Below are positions 1-9,641 of a DNA stretch of 49,482 nt, in pieces. The stretch's first letter is position 1; each line of letters begins with the position of its first letter. A program made the position numbers and the translations under genes. Source of the stretch: Thermoproteota archaeon (lineage in GTDB: Archaea; Thermoproteota; EX4484-205; JAAOZO01); the NCBI GenBank assembly GCA_041479945.1, contig JBGOYZ010000004.1, positions 1 to 49,482 of the forward strand. The letters are read 5' to 3'. The notes beneath the pieces were generated by a model. The model ran no database searches and was not told the origin of the DNA. It saw nothing but the letters and a program-made list of their open reading frames with translations.

Positions 1-1307
1 ATGCAGCAGCGAGGTTGAGGAGGAGCATCACTGAGGACTTGGGCCGTGAGCTGGGCGCAGGCGTGAGGGGCATAGAGTTTCCCAGCTACAAGATCCGCTT
101 GAAGGGTAAGGGACTGAAGACCACTAGCCTTCCGTTCACCAAGAGCATCAAGGAGACGGCGGATGGTGTCACTCTCGATCTCGAGCTATCCGAGAAGGAC
201 ATATACGACCAAGTCCCGGATAGGTTGATCAAGCTCTACGTCGAGAAGATGGAGGGAGCGCCCAGCGGTCGCGAAGTCTTCGAGGAGGTTTGGAGGAGCA
301 GGACCAAGAGCCCGAAGTACTCCCGCGATCCCAACGAGGAGTTGGTGGAGCGAGGCTGGGTCAAGAAATTCACTCAGGGGATATGGTATTACATGCCTCC
401 ATTTGCGTCCCTGGTCAGGGCAATGGAGTCGATCATAGTCAACGAGATTGCCAAGCCCAACGGATTCGTCGAGGTCTTCCTGCCGAAGCTGATCACGCTC
501 GACGTCATGAGGAAGAAGGGGCAGCTCTATGGCATACCGAACGAGATGTTCTACGTGTGCGAGCCGCTTTCGAGGGACATGTCTGGGTTTCAGGACTACG
601 CAGATCTCGTGAAGATCACCGGCGAAACTCACCCCGAGAAGCTGAGGGAGAAGCTGAGACCTCCTGAGTATGGGCTTCCTTTTGCGCAGTGCGAACCGTT
701 CTATGAGATCTTCTCCGGGCAGGTGGTCGACCTTGATCAGCCTCCCGCAAAGTTCTACGACAAGAGCGGGTTCAGCTTCAGGTATGAATCTGGCGGGCTG
801 ACCGGACTGGAGAGACTCAACGCGTTCACGAGGATAGAGCTGGCTTTCTTGGGGAACCCGGAACAGGTGATGCAGACTAGGGACAGTCTGATGAGTTCAT
901 ACCAGAGAGCACTTGACGGCACACTCGACTTGGAGGTGAGGACCAAGGAAGTGACTCCGGTCTGGATGGCACACGCTGGCATGACGAAGGATGTGTCAAG
1001 GGACGTGCCCGCCACTCTCGACATAGAGGTCTACATACCGCACAGGGGCGACAGGGAAACGAGCGAATGGCTTGAGGTGGCGAACGCGTCGGTCCACTTC
1101 GACAAGTACGTTGACTGGTACAACGTGAAAGAGAAGAAGGGAAGGGAGACTTGGACGGGCTGTTCCGGAAACGGGCTGGAGAGGCTCGCGGTCTCGGTCC
1201 TAGCGAACCACGGCTTCGAATACGACGGCTGGCCCAAGGGGCTGAAGAACCATCTGGAGAAGCTGCCTGATCCTTACAGGATGGTCACTTGGCCAAGGAG
1301 TCAGTGA
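1..1307 (+). CDS. serS: Seryl-tRNA synthetase, methanogen-type (type 2), probably 5'-truncated by the window edge
   Basis: GWVKKF..G.W.Y, AQCEPFY, FYDKSGFSFRYESGG, RIE and WTGCSG motifs, including the Cys/Glu/Cys Zn ligands of type-2 SerRS. Confidence 0.9.
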   Translation, partial: AAARLRRSITEDLGRELGAGVRGIEFPSYKIRLKGKGLKTTSLPFTKSIKETADGVTLDLELSEKDIYDQVPDRLIKLYVEKMEGAPSGREVFEEVWRSRTKSPKYSRDPNEELVERGWVKKFTQGIWYYMPPFASLVRAMESIIVNEIAKPNGFVEVFLPKLITLDVMRKKGQLYGIPNEMFYVCEPLSRDMSGFQDYADLVKITGETHPEKLREKLRPPEYGLPFAQCEPFYEIFSGQVVDLDQPPAKFYDKSGFSFRYESGGLTGLERLNAFTRIELAFLGNPEQVMQTRDSLMSSYQRALDGTLDLEVRTKEVTPVWMAHAGMTKDVSRDVPATLDIEVYIPHRGDRETSEWLEVANASVHFDKYVDWYNVKEKKGRETWTGCSGNGLERLAVSVLANHGFEYDGWPKGLKNHLEKLPDPYRMVTWPRSQ

Positions 1308-1548
1308 TATCTAGCACCATTCTGATCGCTCTGAGAAGGTCGTCCAGAGTTTCAGACATGGACCGCGCTCCCCTCTCGCATGAGATGCGTATCATCACGG
1401 AGTTGCCCTCAAGTTTCGAGCTGATCTTCAGTCCCTGCAGTCTGAACTTCTCATCCGGCTTCAGGGATCTGGCCAGCGTCTCCGCTCTAGCTTGATCCTT
1501 CAGGTCGAACCTCAGCACTGCCCTTATTCTTTCCGAGTGTTTCTCCAA
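1285..1548 (-). CDS. pcc1: KEOPS complex subunit Pcc1
   Basis: 87 aa; A..L..SL.PD and ET LDDLLR pattern; usual position after rps15-DHH. Confidence 0.8.
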   Translation of the reverse strand: MEKHSERIRAVLRFDLKDQARAETLARSLKPDEKFRLQGLKISSKLEGNSVMIRISCERGARSMSETLDDLLRAIRMVLDITDSLAK

Positions 1549-2962
1549 CTATTTCCTCCACCTTCTCGAGGAACTTGTCCGTCTTCTTCCTTGGTATCGT
1601 AGCGCCAGCTGCAACGTTATGGCCTCCCCCTTGCCCTCCAGCCACCTTTGCAGCGACTTCCATCACTTGACCAGCGTTCACCCCTTTCTCGACGAGAACT
1701 GAGGATGCTCTGCACGACACTTTCACGTTGTCCTCGTCTTGGAGGCAAAGCGCGAGCAGTAGCTTGTCGTCGCTGTAGAGTATGCCCGTTGACAGTATTG
1801 TGATCAAGGGGCTGAGCGTGTTCGACTTCAGCAATCCCTCGCCCCTCACCACTATCGTTGAATCGGACTCCGCTATCGCTCCCGGCGTGGACAGAACTGT
1901 CCTGATGGCCTCTTGTATAAGCGAGGAGTATGATTGCGATACCGCTTCAGTCTCTTCCAACACGTGTCCCCTGTACCCCATCACAAGTGCGAAAGCAAGG
2001 TCGAATCTCTCCGATCTGCCCAAGGAATTGAGCACGAAAGAGAACTCCCTCCCGTCCCTAGTGGGCGACCACTTGTCCTCCTTCGTGAACGTGTACACCT
2101 TGCCTATGAAGGGAACGTCTGCGGGGAGTTTGACCCCCTTGCTCACCATAACTTGGAACAGGCCCGCGGCCAAGCGCTGTTTCTCGTCACTGGTCAGGTC
2201 GGAAAGCGATCTCAGCCTGTCGTCCTCCTTAAGCGGAATGTCGAGGGAATCGAGTAACTTGTACGCGGCCATCTCGTTTCCGGTTATGCCAGGAATCTGG
2301 AAAGAGTAGGTGCTGGACAGCGCCCTCGCAAGAGGTCTGGTCTCCCTTCCGAAGAACACGAAATCTTCTTGGACTTCAACTGCACCCATCTCCTCGCCGC
2401 GGCTCACTATCAGGGAGTTCAGGCTTCTGAGTTCCCTGAGCTCGTTCTTGTCCTGCATGTCGGCGAGAGCGCCCGTGACGGCCACGACTGGCATGAGTTC
2501 TACGCCCTTGCTGATGGAATCCCCGACGAAGAACGCTGTGCCCGACCCGGAGAGATCCTTCCCGCCGTCGAACCCGAACTCCATTGAGTTCAGGTACTGT
2601 ACGTACCTCGTGTCCCCCTGTTTCCGGTGATGATCGATTATTGCGACTTTCCCTCTGAGTCGTTCTGAGAACAGGTCCAGTTGACCAGCGCCCATGTCAG
2701 TGAGGACGACCGGCAGTTCGGATTGCTCGAGTGTCTGTATCACGGTGGCCGTGAGCGAATCCAAGAACTTGATCTTGAAGGACGAACCCTTCGAGGACAG
2801 TGCCAACGCCATTGCCCCCGCAGCACAGATCCCGTCTGCGTCCCAGTGCGACACAATCGAGATGTCTCCCTCGTCGCACCATCCCACAATCGCTTCTGCG
2901 ACTGCGTTGGCTTGATGCAGGAACCCCTCTGTATCGCCTTCTAGATTCCCCGTGCTACTCAT
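1487..2962 (-). CDS. RecJ-like DHH/DHHA1 phosphoesterase
   Basis: SHWDADG, TDMG, IIDHH and C-terminal GGGHNVAAGA motifs. Confidence 0.9.
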   Translation of the reverse strand: MSSTGNLEGDTEGFLHQANAVAEAIVGWCDEGDISIVSHWDADGICAAGAMALALSSKGSSFKIKFLDSLTATVIQTLEQSELPVVLTDMGAGQLDLFSERLRGKVAIIDHHRKQGDTRYVQYLNSMEFGFDGGKDLSGSGTAFFVGDSISKGVELMPVVAVTGALADMQDKNELRELRSLNSLIVSRGEEMGAVEVQEDFVFFGRETRPLARALSSTYSFQIPGITGNEMAAYKLLDSLDIPLKEDDRLRSLSDLTSDEKQRLAAGLFQVMVSKGVKLPADVPFIGKVYTFTKEDKWSPTRDGREFSFVLNSLGRSERFDLAFALVMGYRGHVLEETEAVSQSYSSLIQEAIRTVLSTPGAIAESDSTIVVRGEGLLKSNTLSPLITILSTGILYSDDKLLLALCLQDEDNVKVSCRASSVLVEKGVNAGQVMEVAAKVAGGQGGGHNVAAGATIPRKKTDKFLEKVEEIVGETLGKNKGSAEVRPEGSS

Positions 2963-3383
2963 AACGCCAGTCAGCTGGAAGGATTCCCTTCTTCTTATAG
3001 TATTTCGCGAGCCTCCTGATCTTGGACTCCACCAGCTGAATGTTGTGGACGTTGAGCCGGTCCGACCTGTACTTCTCGGAATGCCTCCTCATTGTCTGAG
3101 CCTTCTTGATGAGCAAGTTGAGATCTTCTGCCTGCATTGGGTCCTCTCCGGCTTCCTTCAGGATCTCTCCGACTGTCATGCTGGTCGCGCTCTTCACGGA
3201 CGGTATTCCGTGCCTGTCCCTCAGGGTGATACCTATCGAACTCTTCGAGTGACCCTCTCTGGCTAGGCTCACCACTATTCTCTTCAGCTCTTCGGGAGGA
3301 GCCTGTACCCACTTCGGTTTCAGTCTGGCTGACGGTCTCTTCGAGCCGCTCTTCCCTCTCCTGTGGCTGTACATCCTAGCCAT
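2955..3383 (-). CDS. rps15: 30S ribosomal protein S15 (uS15)
   Basis: MARMYSHRRGKSGSKRP...ESKIRRLAKYYK; start moved to ATG 3383, about 30 nt after TTTATTAA. Confidence 0.95.
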   Translation of the reverse strand: MARMYSHRRGKSGSKRPSARLKPKWVQAPPEELKRIVVSLAREGHSKSSIGITLRDRHGIPSVKSATSMTVGEILKEAGEDPMQAEDLNLLIKKAQTMRRHSEKYRSDRLNVHNIQLVESKIRRLAKYYKKKGILPADWRYE

Positions 3384-3424
3384 GTTTTCGGAAGGACACC
3401 AGTTTGGGCCCCGGTTAATAAAGC

Positions 3425-3994
3425 TCACTTGATTATTTCTGGGCGAGAGGAGAGGTAGGAACCCAGCGACTCAAGCGCTCTCGCTCTGTGCGAAGTTTTG
3501 TTCTTGTCTTCAGCCCTCATCTCCGCGTACGTGAGGTTCGAGCCCTCCGGGATGAATATCGGGTCGAAACCGAACCCGCCGGTCCCCCTTGGGGATCCTG
3601 CTATCTCGCCCGATACTTCCCCCTTGAACAACAGGACCTCTGGATGAACCGATGTGCTGGTGAACCCGACAACCGACTTGAACGAAGCGCGCCTGTCGGA
3701 CGAGCCCCCCATCAGCCTCAGGATTCCTTGGAGCCCTATGGTCGAGAACACATAGGAGGAGAACACACCGGGGAAGCCGCCGAGGGGATGGATGAAGAGC
3801 CCAGCGTCTTCGACGAACAGAGGAGACTTGAGGATGCCATAGGCGGAACCCGCTGTCCTCTGGGAAACGTACTCCAAGGTGTCCGATTGAGGTTCGTCCA
3901 CGTCTAGGTCCATCATGCGCGGCTCAATGCCGAACCTTGGCAGAATCAGGCGGGCCTCCTCAAACTTCCCTCTGTTGCCCGTCACGAAAGTCAG
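3425..3994 (-). CDS. rdgB: Non-canonical purine NTP pyrophosphatase (RdgB/Ham1); start uncertain, possibly CTG
   Basis: (L)TFVTGN.GK, EDAGLFI, GGFPG, GFGFDPIF and SHR motifs. Confidence 0.92.
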   Translation of the reverse strand: MTFVTGNRGKFEEARLILPRFGIEPRMMDLDVDEPQSDTLEYVSQRTAGSAYGILKSPLFVEDAGLFIHPLGGFPGVFSSYVFSTIGLQGILRLMGGSSDRRASFKSVVGFTSTSVHPEVLLFKGEVSGEIAGSPRGTGGFGFDPIFIPEGSNLTYAEMRAEDKNKTSHRARALESLGSYLSSRPEIIK

Positions 3995-4656
3995 TGGGAT
4001 CGTCTATCTTCCTTCCTCCTGTATCTACCCCTACCCTGAACCAGTTTAAGTCGTTCGATCGTTTCCCTGCATCTGGGCGAACCTTCCTCAAGGTATCCGG
4101 ATTCGAACTCTTCCCACAGATATTCCCATCGTTCACCCACGAGTGACTTCAGTGCGCCTATCATCACGTTCAAGTCCTCGGCGAACCTCTCGATGTCGTT
4201 GGTCCTCTCGCTCAACCCGAAGTCCAGCAGCACCACTTCATCGTCGCTCACCAGAAGATTGGATGGGGTCAAGTCCCCGTGTGATATCCCCTGCGTGTGC
4301 AGTTTCCCGACGGACGAGCCCGCCGGTCGGACCCAAGAGCCGTTGCCCTTCCTAAGCAACTCGGTGAGGGTAGGGCCCTCGACGTATGACATCAGTATTG
4401 TGCCGGTCTTGGAGTTGACGTAATAGACGTAGGGAGCCCTGACGCCCGCCAGTTTGCATTCATGCAACGACAGGGCTTCGCCCGTGGTCCTGGAGATCCT
4501 AAGCCCTTCGTCGAGTTCCCCGTTCCTGTATGCTTTGGGGAGCCTCTGCTTGAGCACGACCCGCCTGTCCATCCAAGTGCCGAGCCAGATCTTCGACTCG
4601 GCGCCCGAGTAGAGCACCCTCTCTGGCTCAAACCCCTCTGGGAAGTCTGACATCAT
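3991..4656 (-). CDS. bud32: KEOPS kinase Bud32
   Basis: GAES, K.R.PK.YR, HGDLTPSN, DFGL and RGRY motifs. Confidence 0.93.
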   Translation of the reverse strand: MMSDFPEGFEPERVLYSGAESKIWLGTWMDRRVVLKQRLPKAYRNGELDEGLRISRTTGEALSLHECKLAGVRAPYVYYVNSKTGTILMSYVEGPTLTELLRKGNGSWVRPAGSSVGKLHTQGISHGDLTPSNLLVSDDEVVLLDFGLSERTNDIERFAEDLNVMIGALKSLVGERWEYLWEEFESGYLEEGSPRCRETIERLKLVQGRGRYRRKEDRRSH

Positions 4657-5608
4657 CCACTCTCCACCTAGACATCACGGTCGAGTCGTCGACTGGGAGC
4701 GTGTCGCCGTGGGCGAAGCTGCTCAACCCAGTCAGGGCAATCATCACCCCGTTGTCCGAGTAGAACTTCTCGGGATAGTCGAGGAACTTGGCCTCTCTGT
4801 CCTCACACATGACCTTCGCCATTTCCCTCAACCTCGAGTTTGCGCCGACGCCCCCAGAAACGACCAGCTCGTCCTTCTCAAGGTACGCCATGGCCCTCTC
4901 GGACGCCTCAAGCAACATGGCGAAGCAGACCTCTTGGACGGAATACGCGAGGTCTTCGATGGACTCTTTGCCGATGAGGGACTCAAGGGTGGTCAAGGTG
5001 CCTGAAAGCGAGACGTTCATGCCCTTGACGGAATAGGGGAGCTGAATCAACTTCTTCCCCTTGGTGGCCAGCTCCATTACGACCGGTCCTCCGGGAAATC
5101 CCACCCCAGCGGCCCTAGCGAACGAATCTAGCATGTTCCCGAGCGCAACGTCCTCGGTCTCGCCGAAGACAACGTACCTCTGATCGACTTCACCGATCAC
5201 TTGGGTATTGCCGCCAGACACGTAGAGGAAGACCGGGTCATGAGCTCCTGACATTTGTCTTGCCAGCTCGAGGTGCGCAACCGCGTGGTTCACTCCCACT
5301 AAGGGTCTGTTCAAGGAGAGGCTCAGAGACCTTGCTGCCGTTGCGCCGACCCTGAGGCATGGACCCAAGCCCGGGCCCCTCGAGAAAGCTACGACGTCTA
5401 TGTCCGATGGTGCGATACCCGCCTCGCTGACAGTCCGTGAGACGACCGATGAGGCTGCCTCGTAGTGATGCCTGGACGCGTCGCGCGGGTGTATGCCGCC
5501 AGTCTTTGTCCTGTAGGACTCCCTCACATCAGACAGAATCCTGCCACCTTCTTCGACTATTGAGCCCGCAAAGGTGTGGGCGGTGGACTCCAACCCAAGG
5601 GCGTACAA
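4628..5608 (-). CDS. kae1: KEOPS t6A transferase Kae1
   Basis: GLESTAHT, GGIHP, GPGLGPCL, VNHAVAH, YVSGGNTQ and DNGVMIA motifs. Confidence 0.96.
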   Translation of the reverse strand: MYALGLESTAHTFAGSIVEEGGRILSDVRESYRTKTGGIHPRDASRHHYEAASSVVSRTVSEAGIAPSDIDVVAFSRGPGLGPCLRVGATAARSLSLSLNRPLVGVNHAVAHLELARQMSGAHDPVFLYVSGGNTQVIGEVDQRYVVFGETEDVALGNMLDSFARAAGVGFPGGPVVMELATKGKKLIQLPYSVKGMNVSLSGTLTTLESLIGKESIEDLAYSVQEVCFAMLLEASERAMAYLEKDELVVSGGVGANSRLREMAKVMCEDREAKFLDYPEKFYSDNGVMIALTGLSSFAHGDTLPVDDSTVMSRWRVDDVRLPRGV

Positions 5609-5842
5609 CTAGACGTACTCGGTGTAGTAGCAGTGGCCGCAGTAATACCTTTTCTTTCCCTGCTCGTGCAGCGCCATGAAACCGCCACACCTTGGGCACT
5701 TCTTCTTGAGCCGAGTGAGCTCGCCTTTCTCGACGTCGATCTTGTAGTATTGCCAAGCGCCTCTGGTTGCCTTTTCCTTCGCCTTCGGCTTCTCGGTTGC
5801 TTTCGCCTTCGGCTTCTCGCTTGCTTGAGGTTTTTCGCTCAC
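5609..5842 (-). CDS. rps27ae: 30S ribosomal protein S27ae (eS31)
   Basis: CPRCG..MA.H..R.YCGHC zinc ribbon. Confidence 0.93.
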   Translation of the reverse strand: MSEKPQASEKPKAKATEKPKAKEKATRGAWQYYKIDVEKGELTRLKKKCPRCGGFMALHEQGKKRYYCGHCYYTEYV

Positions 5843-6213
5843 TTCTTGGCACCCCCTGGCGTTCCGCTCTTGGCGGCCTTGGCCTCCATTCTGGCCTTCT
5901 TCAGCTGTTCAAGCGCCTGCTTCTTTTGGTCCATCTCAAGGTTTGCCATCATCACGTGCTTTGGCTCCCACTTCTTCGCCTCCTCCTCCGACGGATAGAC
6001 GTGGGCTAACCCTCTCACTTCCTGCGTGCCCGTGCGGTGTACTACCTTCACCACAACGGTTCCGCCTGAATCGAAGCCGCCCTTCGCGGCCACAAGCTTT
6101 CTGACCTCTATCATCGTCGGAGTAGGACCGGGTTTCTCAAGCGTGACTGCGAAATCCACGTCCTTCCTGCCGATCAGCTTCCTTTCGGAGGTCTCGGAGA
6201 TCTCGACTTTCAT
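5839..6213 (-). CDS. rps24e: 30S ribosomal protein S24e
   Basis: LIGRK.V.F, TPT and G.AHVY..E..KKWEP pattern; sits before rps27ae. Confidence 0.88.
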   Translation of the reverse strand: MKVEISETSERKLIGRKDVDFAVTLEKPGPTPTMIEVRKLVAAKGGFDSGGTVVVKVVHRTGTQEVRGLAHVYPSEEEAKKWEPKHVMMANLEMDQKKQALEQLKKARMEAKAAKSGTPGGAKK

Positions 6214-6242
6214 TGGATGTGCCCCGCCGCGCAGGGGTGGGA

Positions 6243-6770
6243 TTAATTGCTTTCGGCCTTGACCCTTGGGATTGAGTTGAGGAGCTCCGAGTTCCTCTCT
6301 CTGGTCTCAGCGTTCACTCTTACCACCACGGCGCCTTCTCCCGGCTGGCCGTAGATGACCAAGTCTCCTTCCCTTGACAGGTCTATCGCGAACAGGGTGA
6401 GCAGATCCTCTTCTCCTTCGACGACGACTATGGCACCCGCACCGACTGACAGGGCGTTTCTCATGACCTCCAGTGCGGCCGGGTTCAGGTATCCTCTCGG
6501 GTTGTTCGTCCTGAACACCTTCCCCTCGACCCGTCTCGGGATCCTTACGGCCTTTGTACGCACCTTGGCATCAACAACCGCAACCTCGAACGGTATCCGG
6601 CCCCGAATCAAGGTCGAGGTCACGGCGTCGCCCACGCAGAAGGAGACACGAGCACCCGTTCGGAGGAAACGCTCTCTCAAGATCGCGGGAAGCGTCCCAC
6701 TGGGCTTGGCTACCAGTTCACCTAGCGGTCTCGACACCAGGCTCCTCTGTGCCGCAGTGGGGCGAAGCAT
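6243..6770 (-). CDS. GTP-dependent dephospho-CoA kinase (DUF359); start uncertain
   Basis: VGDAVT, VD.K..R, NPRG, GEEDLL and YGQPGEG motifs. Confidence 0.88.
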   Translation of the reverse strand: MLRPTAAQRSLVSRPLGELVAKPSGTLPAILRERFLRTGARVSFCVGDAVTSTLIRGRIPFEVAVVDAKVRTKAVRIPRRVEGKVFRTNNPRGYLNPAALEVMRNALSVGAGAIVVVEGEEDLLTLFAIDLSREGDLVIYGQPGEGAVVVRVNAETRERNSELLNSIPRVKAESN

Positions 6771-6783
6771 TGTGGCACTGTGT

Positions 6784-6969
6784 TCATCTTGCCTTGATGG
6801 CATATCTGCCAACTTTCTTCGCTCCTATCAGCTTCGCCAGCGAGGACTTGCCGGGATCGAGTATGAAGATCACACCCGACCAATCGGTGGTGAAGGCCTT
6901 GGAGCCGCAATTCGAGCAGACTTGCTCATCTGTTATGAACTTGCACTGCAAGCAGGCTCTTTCCTTCAT
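6784..6969 (-). CDS. spt4: Transcription elongation factor Spt4 (RpoE'')
   Basis: AC..C, C..CGS, W.G...I.DP..S.LA and G.YAIK motifs. Confidence 0.93.
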   Translation of the reverse strand: MKERACLQCKFITDEQVCSNCGSKAFTTDWSGVIFILDPGKSSLAKLIGAKKVGRYAIKAR

Positions 6970-7532
6970 GCGGTGGCACCTGCCGCCAGCTTCTTGAGAT
7001 CTTGGACTATCCAGTCTTCTTTGCCGAGGAAGGGCTGTCTTGTCGTGACGCCAACTCTGTCTCCTCCTCCGACACCTCCGATGGACACAGCGGTGACCCT
7101 CAGTCTTATCCAGTCCCCCACGGAGAGCACACGACCCGACTTCCTTCCGACGAGCGTAGCCTGTTCCTTGTTGAAGTCGACGTAGTCGTCCAGTATTGAG
7201 CTCACGTGGAGCAAGGCTTCGAACGGCCCTATTCTGACGAAGGCGCCGTATTCCTCTATCTCCACCACCTTGCCCAACATCACCTCTTGGACTTCGGGAA
7301 GGAAAGTGAGCACGCTGAAGGAAACGTTATGATAGGATCCTCCTTCGCCGGGTGCGATCTTCCCTAGGTAGTCAAACTTGAAGTCGACGACACACACGAC
7401 AAATCCCAGATCCTCGAAAACCATCCCCTCGTACTTGTCCTCCAAGAGCCTTCTGACTGACTCCTGGACGGGGCTCCCGTACATATCAGGAGGGACCTTT
7501 ATCACATCCTCTAGGGAGAGTAGCCTAAACAA
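6966..7532 (-). CDS. rpoE1: RNA polymerase subunit E' (Rpo7)
   Basis: S1 domain YGAFVRIGP..ALLHVS; RQPFLGK..W. Confidence 0.95.
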   Translation of the reverse strand: MFRLLSLEDVIKVPPDMYGSPVQESVRRLLEDKYEGMVFEDLGFVVCVVDFKFDYLGKIAPGEGGSYHNVSFSVLTFLPEVQEVMLGKVVEIEEYGAFVRIGPFEALLHVSSILDDYVDFNKEQATLVGRKSGRVLSVGDWIRLRVTAVSIGGVGGGDRVGVTTRQPFLGKEDWIVQDLKKLAAGATA

Positions 7533-7947
7533 CCGACGCCGAGGGAAAGTTTCCTTCTATTCTTATTCTTTTTCCCTTTGAGACGAAAACTACCGGGATC
7601 CTCCTCTTCCTCAGCTCTTTTCTCAGGAGGGAGTCGGCAGTGGCTACTGCCGCGCCAGTTTCCTTGGCCAGAGTCACTATCTGCTCGTCTGTGTTGGTCA
7701 CGTCCGAATGCAGAACCTTCAGATCTTTGGAGAAAGCGAGCGCTTTCTCGGCTGCCATGGACAGGGATGGGCTTCTCCCCCGGCGGATGGACTCAAGTTC
7801 CCTTACGACGCCGTCTGTGACAGCAAAGGTGGCGGGGGCCAGCACCATCTCCCGTATTCCTTTGACGAAGTCGACACCTGTCTGGAATGGGTAGATCAGG
7901 GCGCTAGTGTCGAGTATCACCAGCATGACAACCTTTGGCTCGCTCAC
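7525..7947 (-). CDS. PIN-domain protein (Fcf1/Utp24-like)
   Basis: ILDTSAL, V..EL, D..I and VATAD..L PIN motifs; GTG start overlaps the aIF2-gamma stop (GTGA). Confidence 0.85.
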   Translation of the reverse strand: MSEPKVVMLVILDTSALIYPFQTGVDFVKGIREMVLAPATFAVTDGVVRELESIRRGRSPSLSMAAEKALAFSKDLKVLHSDVTNTDEQIVTLAKETGAAVATADSLLRKELRKRRIPVVFVSKGKRIRIEGNFPSASVV

Positions 7948-9185
7948 GCTACTATCCCGTGCCCTATCAGACGCCATCTCCGCTCTATCTGCCTGCTGAC
8001 AGCGACTCTCTGACCTGTCTCTGCAACCACGGGGACAACCAGTTCCAACTCCACGGCCCCACCTTTCTTGGAGGTTACCGTGCCTCTTGTCAGGCCGACC
8101 CCGACGTTCAGGTTCAGCTGCTCTCCCATGGAGACCGGTTTCACCTCTTGGAGGTCCGGTGTGCCCAGCAACTTCTCGAACAAGCTCAGCTCGAGTTTGA
8201 TCGTCTTCACCACTGGTGGAGGCTGGTCAGCCCGGGTGAGCACTGACCCGGAAAGCCTGTCGTCCTTGGTGAGCGAGGGGTCCAGACCAGTTCCCACAGC
8301 AACGAGACCTCCCGAGTCGGCCTCCTGCACGAGGGTACCGTCGAACATCAGGGAATCAGCCCTGCAGCGGATTGGCTGACTTGAGAAGTTGCCGACTTGC
8401 CCGGTTATCAGACCTGGACTGATCATGATCTGATCTCCCACCTTGACCTTGCCTTGGAGTATGGACCCGCCCACCACGCCTCCCCTGAGTTCTGCCATGG
8501 GAGTGCCTGGTCTGTTTATGTCGAAGGATCTGATGATGGGCATCTTCAGCGAGGCGTTCGTATCTCTGACCGGAGTCGGGAAGTCCTTCTCCATTCGATA
8601 TAGGAGGACATCGATGTTCAACAGCCTCTGAGCTGAGACCGGGATGATCGGAACGTCAGAGTAACCGGCTTCTTTCAGGAAGCTCACTATCTCCTTGTAG
8701 CTGTCCATAGCCCTCTCCTTGCTAACCAGGTCTATCTTGTTCTGCACCACGATCATCTTGTGCAGGCCGAGCACCTTCGCAGCGTAGAGGTGCTCTCTGG
8801 TCTGGGGTTGGGGGCATGGCTCGTCGGCGGATATCACCAAAAGCGCTGCGTCGATCACGGCTGCGCCGCTGAGCATGGTTGTCATCAGGACCTCGTGACC
8901 GGGCGCATCCACGAAGGATATGCCCCTGACGTATTCGCATGCGTGACCCTTGGGGCACGTGTCCTTCGCGAAGAAGACGTAAGGTGGTTCGCAAGTAGGA
9001 CAGCGGAATATGCTGACAGAAGCATACCCCAACTTTATCGTGATGTTCCTCGCGAGCTCCTTGCTGTGCCTGCTCGTGAGCACGCCGGTGATCGCCTTGA
9101 CGAGAGTTGTCTTGCCGTGATCCACGTGCCCTATGGTGCCGATGTTTATCTCCGGCTTCCTCACGCCGTCCCTTGTTTTACTCAT
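7944..9185 (-). CDS. eif2g: Translation initiation factor aIF2 gamma subunit
   Basis: NIGTIGHVDHGKTT, ITIKLGY, DAPGHE, QNKIDL and WRLIG.G motifs. Confidence 0.96.
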   Translation of the reverse strand: MSKTRDGVRKPEINIGTIGHVDHGKTTLVKAITGVLTSRHSKELARNITIKLGYASVSIFRCPTCEPPYVFFAKDTCPKGHACEYVRGISFVDAPGHEVLMTTMLSGAAVIDAALLVISADEPCPQPQTREHLYAAKVLGLHKMIVVQNKIDLVSKERAMDSYKEIVSFLKEAGYSDVPIIPVSAQRLLNIDVLLYRMEKDFPTPVRDTNASLKMPIIRSFDINRPGTPMAELRGGVVGGSILQGKVKVGDQIMISPGLITGQVGNFSSQPIRCRADSLMFDGTLVQEADSGGLVAVGTGLDPSLTKDDRLSGSVLTRADQPPPVVKTIKLELSLFEKLLGTPDLQEVKPVSMGEQLNLNVGVGLTRGTVTSKKGGAVELELVVPVVAETGQRVAVSRQIERRWRLIGHGIVA

Positions 9186-9186
9186 C

Positions 9187-9534
9187 TCACTCTGTTCTTA
9201 CGAGATTGACCTGAGCTGTGTCTTCTGATATAGTTTCTCCTCTGAGGGTCACCCGGAGCCGCTCCCCCTTCTCGGCCTGCCTCGCACCCCTGCCCCTGGT
9301 CAACAGCGTTCTCTTCTGCGCCGCGCCGTGTATGCCCTTGAACATCGGAAAACCGGACGTGTCGCTTCCTCCTGATATCCTGTACTTGCCTTCTTTCCTG
9401 CCTATGAGCGAACTGTCTATCACATCTCCAATCTTCAGGCCTAGCAGACGGGCTGCCTCGTTCCCCTCAAGGGTCAGGGTTTCGCCCTTTCCCCCCTTCT
9501 TCTCAACGATATCGATTTTTATTCTGGGAGACAA
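9187..9534 (-). CDS. rps6e: 30S ribosomal protein S6e
   Basis: GLKIGD, I.GGSD.SGFPM, GER.R..LRG and QVNL motifs. Confidence 0.93.
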   Translation of the reverse strand: MSPRIKIDIVEKKGGKGETLTLEGNEAARLLGLKIGDVIDSSLIGRKEGKYRISGGSDTSGFPMFKGIHGAAQKRTLLTRGRGARQAEKGERLRVTLRGETISEDTAQVNLVRTE

Positions 9535-9641
9535 CTAACGTCGTCGAGGCGACCAAGGGCGTTAAAAAGGCTTGTTCTGTTAACTCTCAGGGGCGTGAGT
9601 TGGCTCAGAAGCGATGAGCCGAAGGGTTGACGAACCAGAAG

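Noticed and set aside
9110-9140. Possible intron in the aIF2-gamma GHVDHGKT motif, by analogy with aIF5B
   Set aside because: The reading frame and motif are continuous, with no insert.
9590-9632. Possible C/D box sRNA between infB and rps6e (GCGATGA...TTGA)
   Set aside because: Boxes are degenerate and spacing is atypical; support is insufficient without a covariance search.
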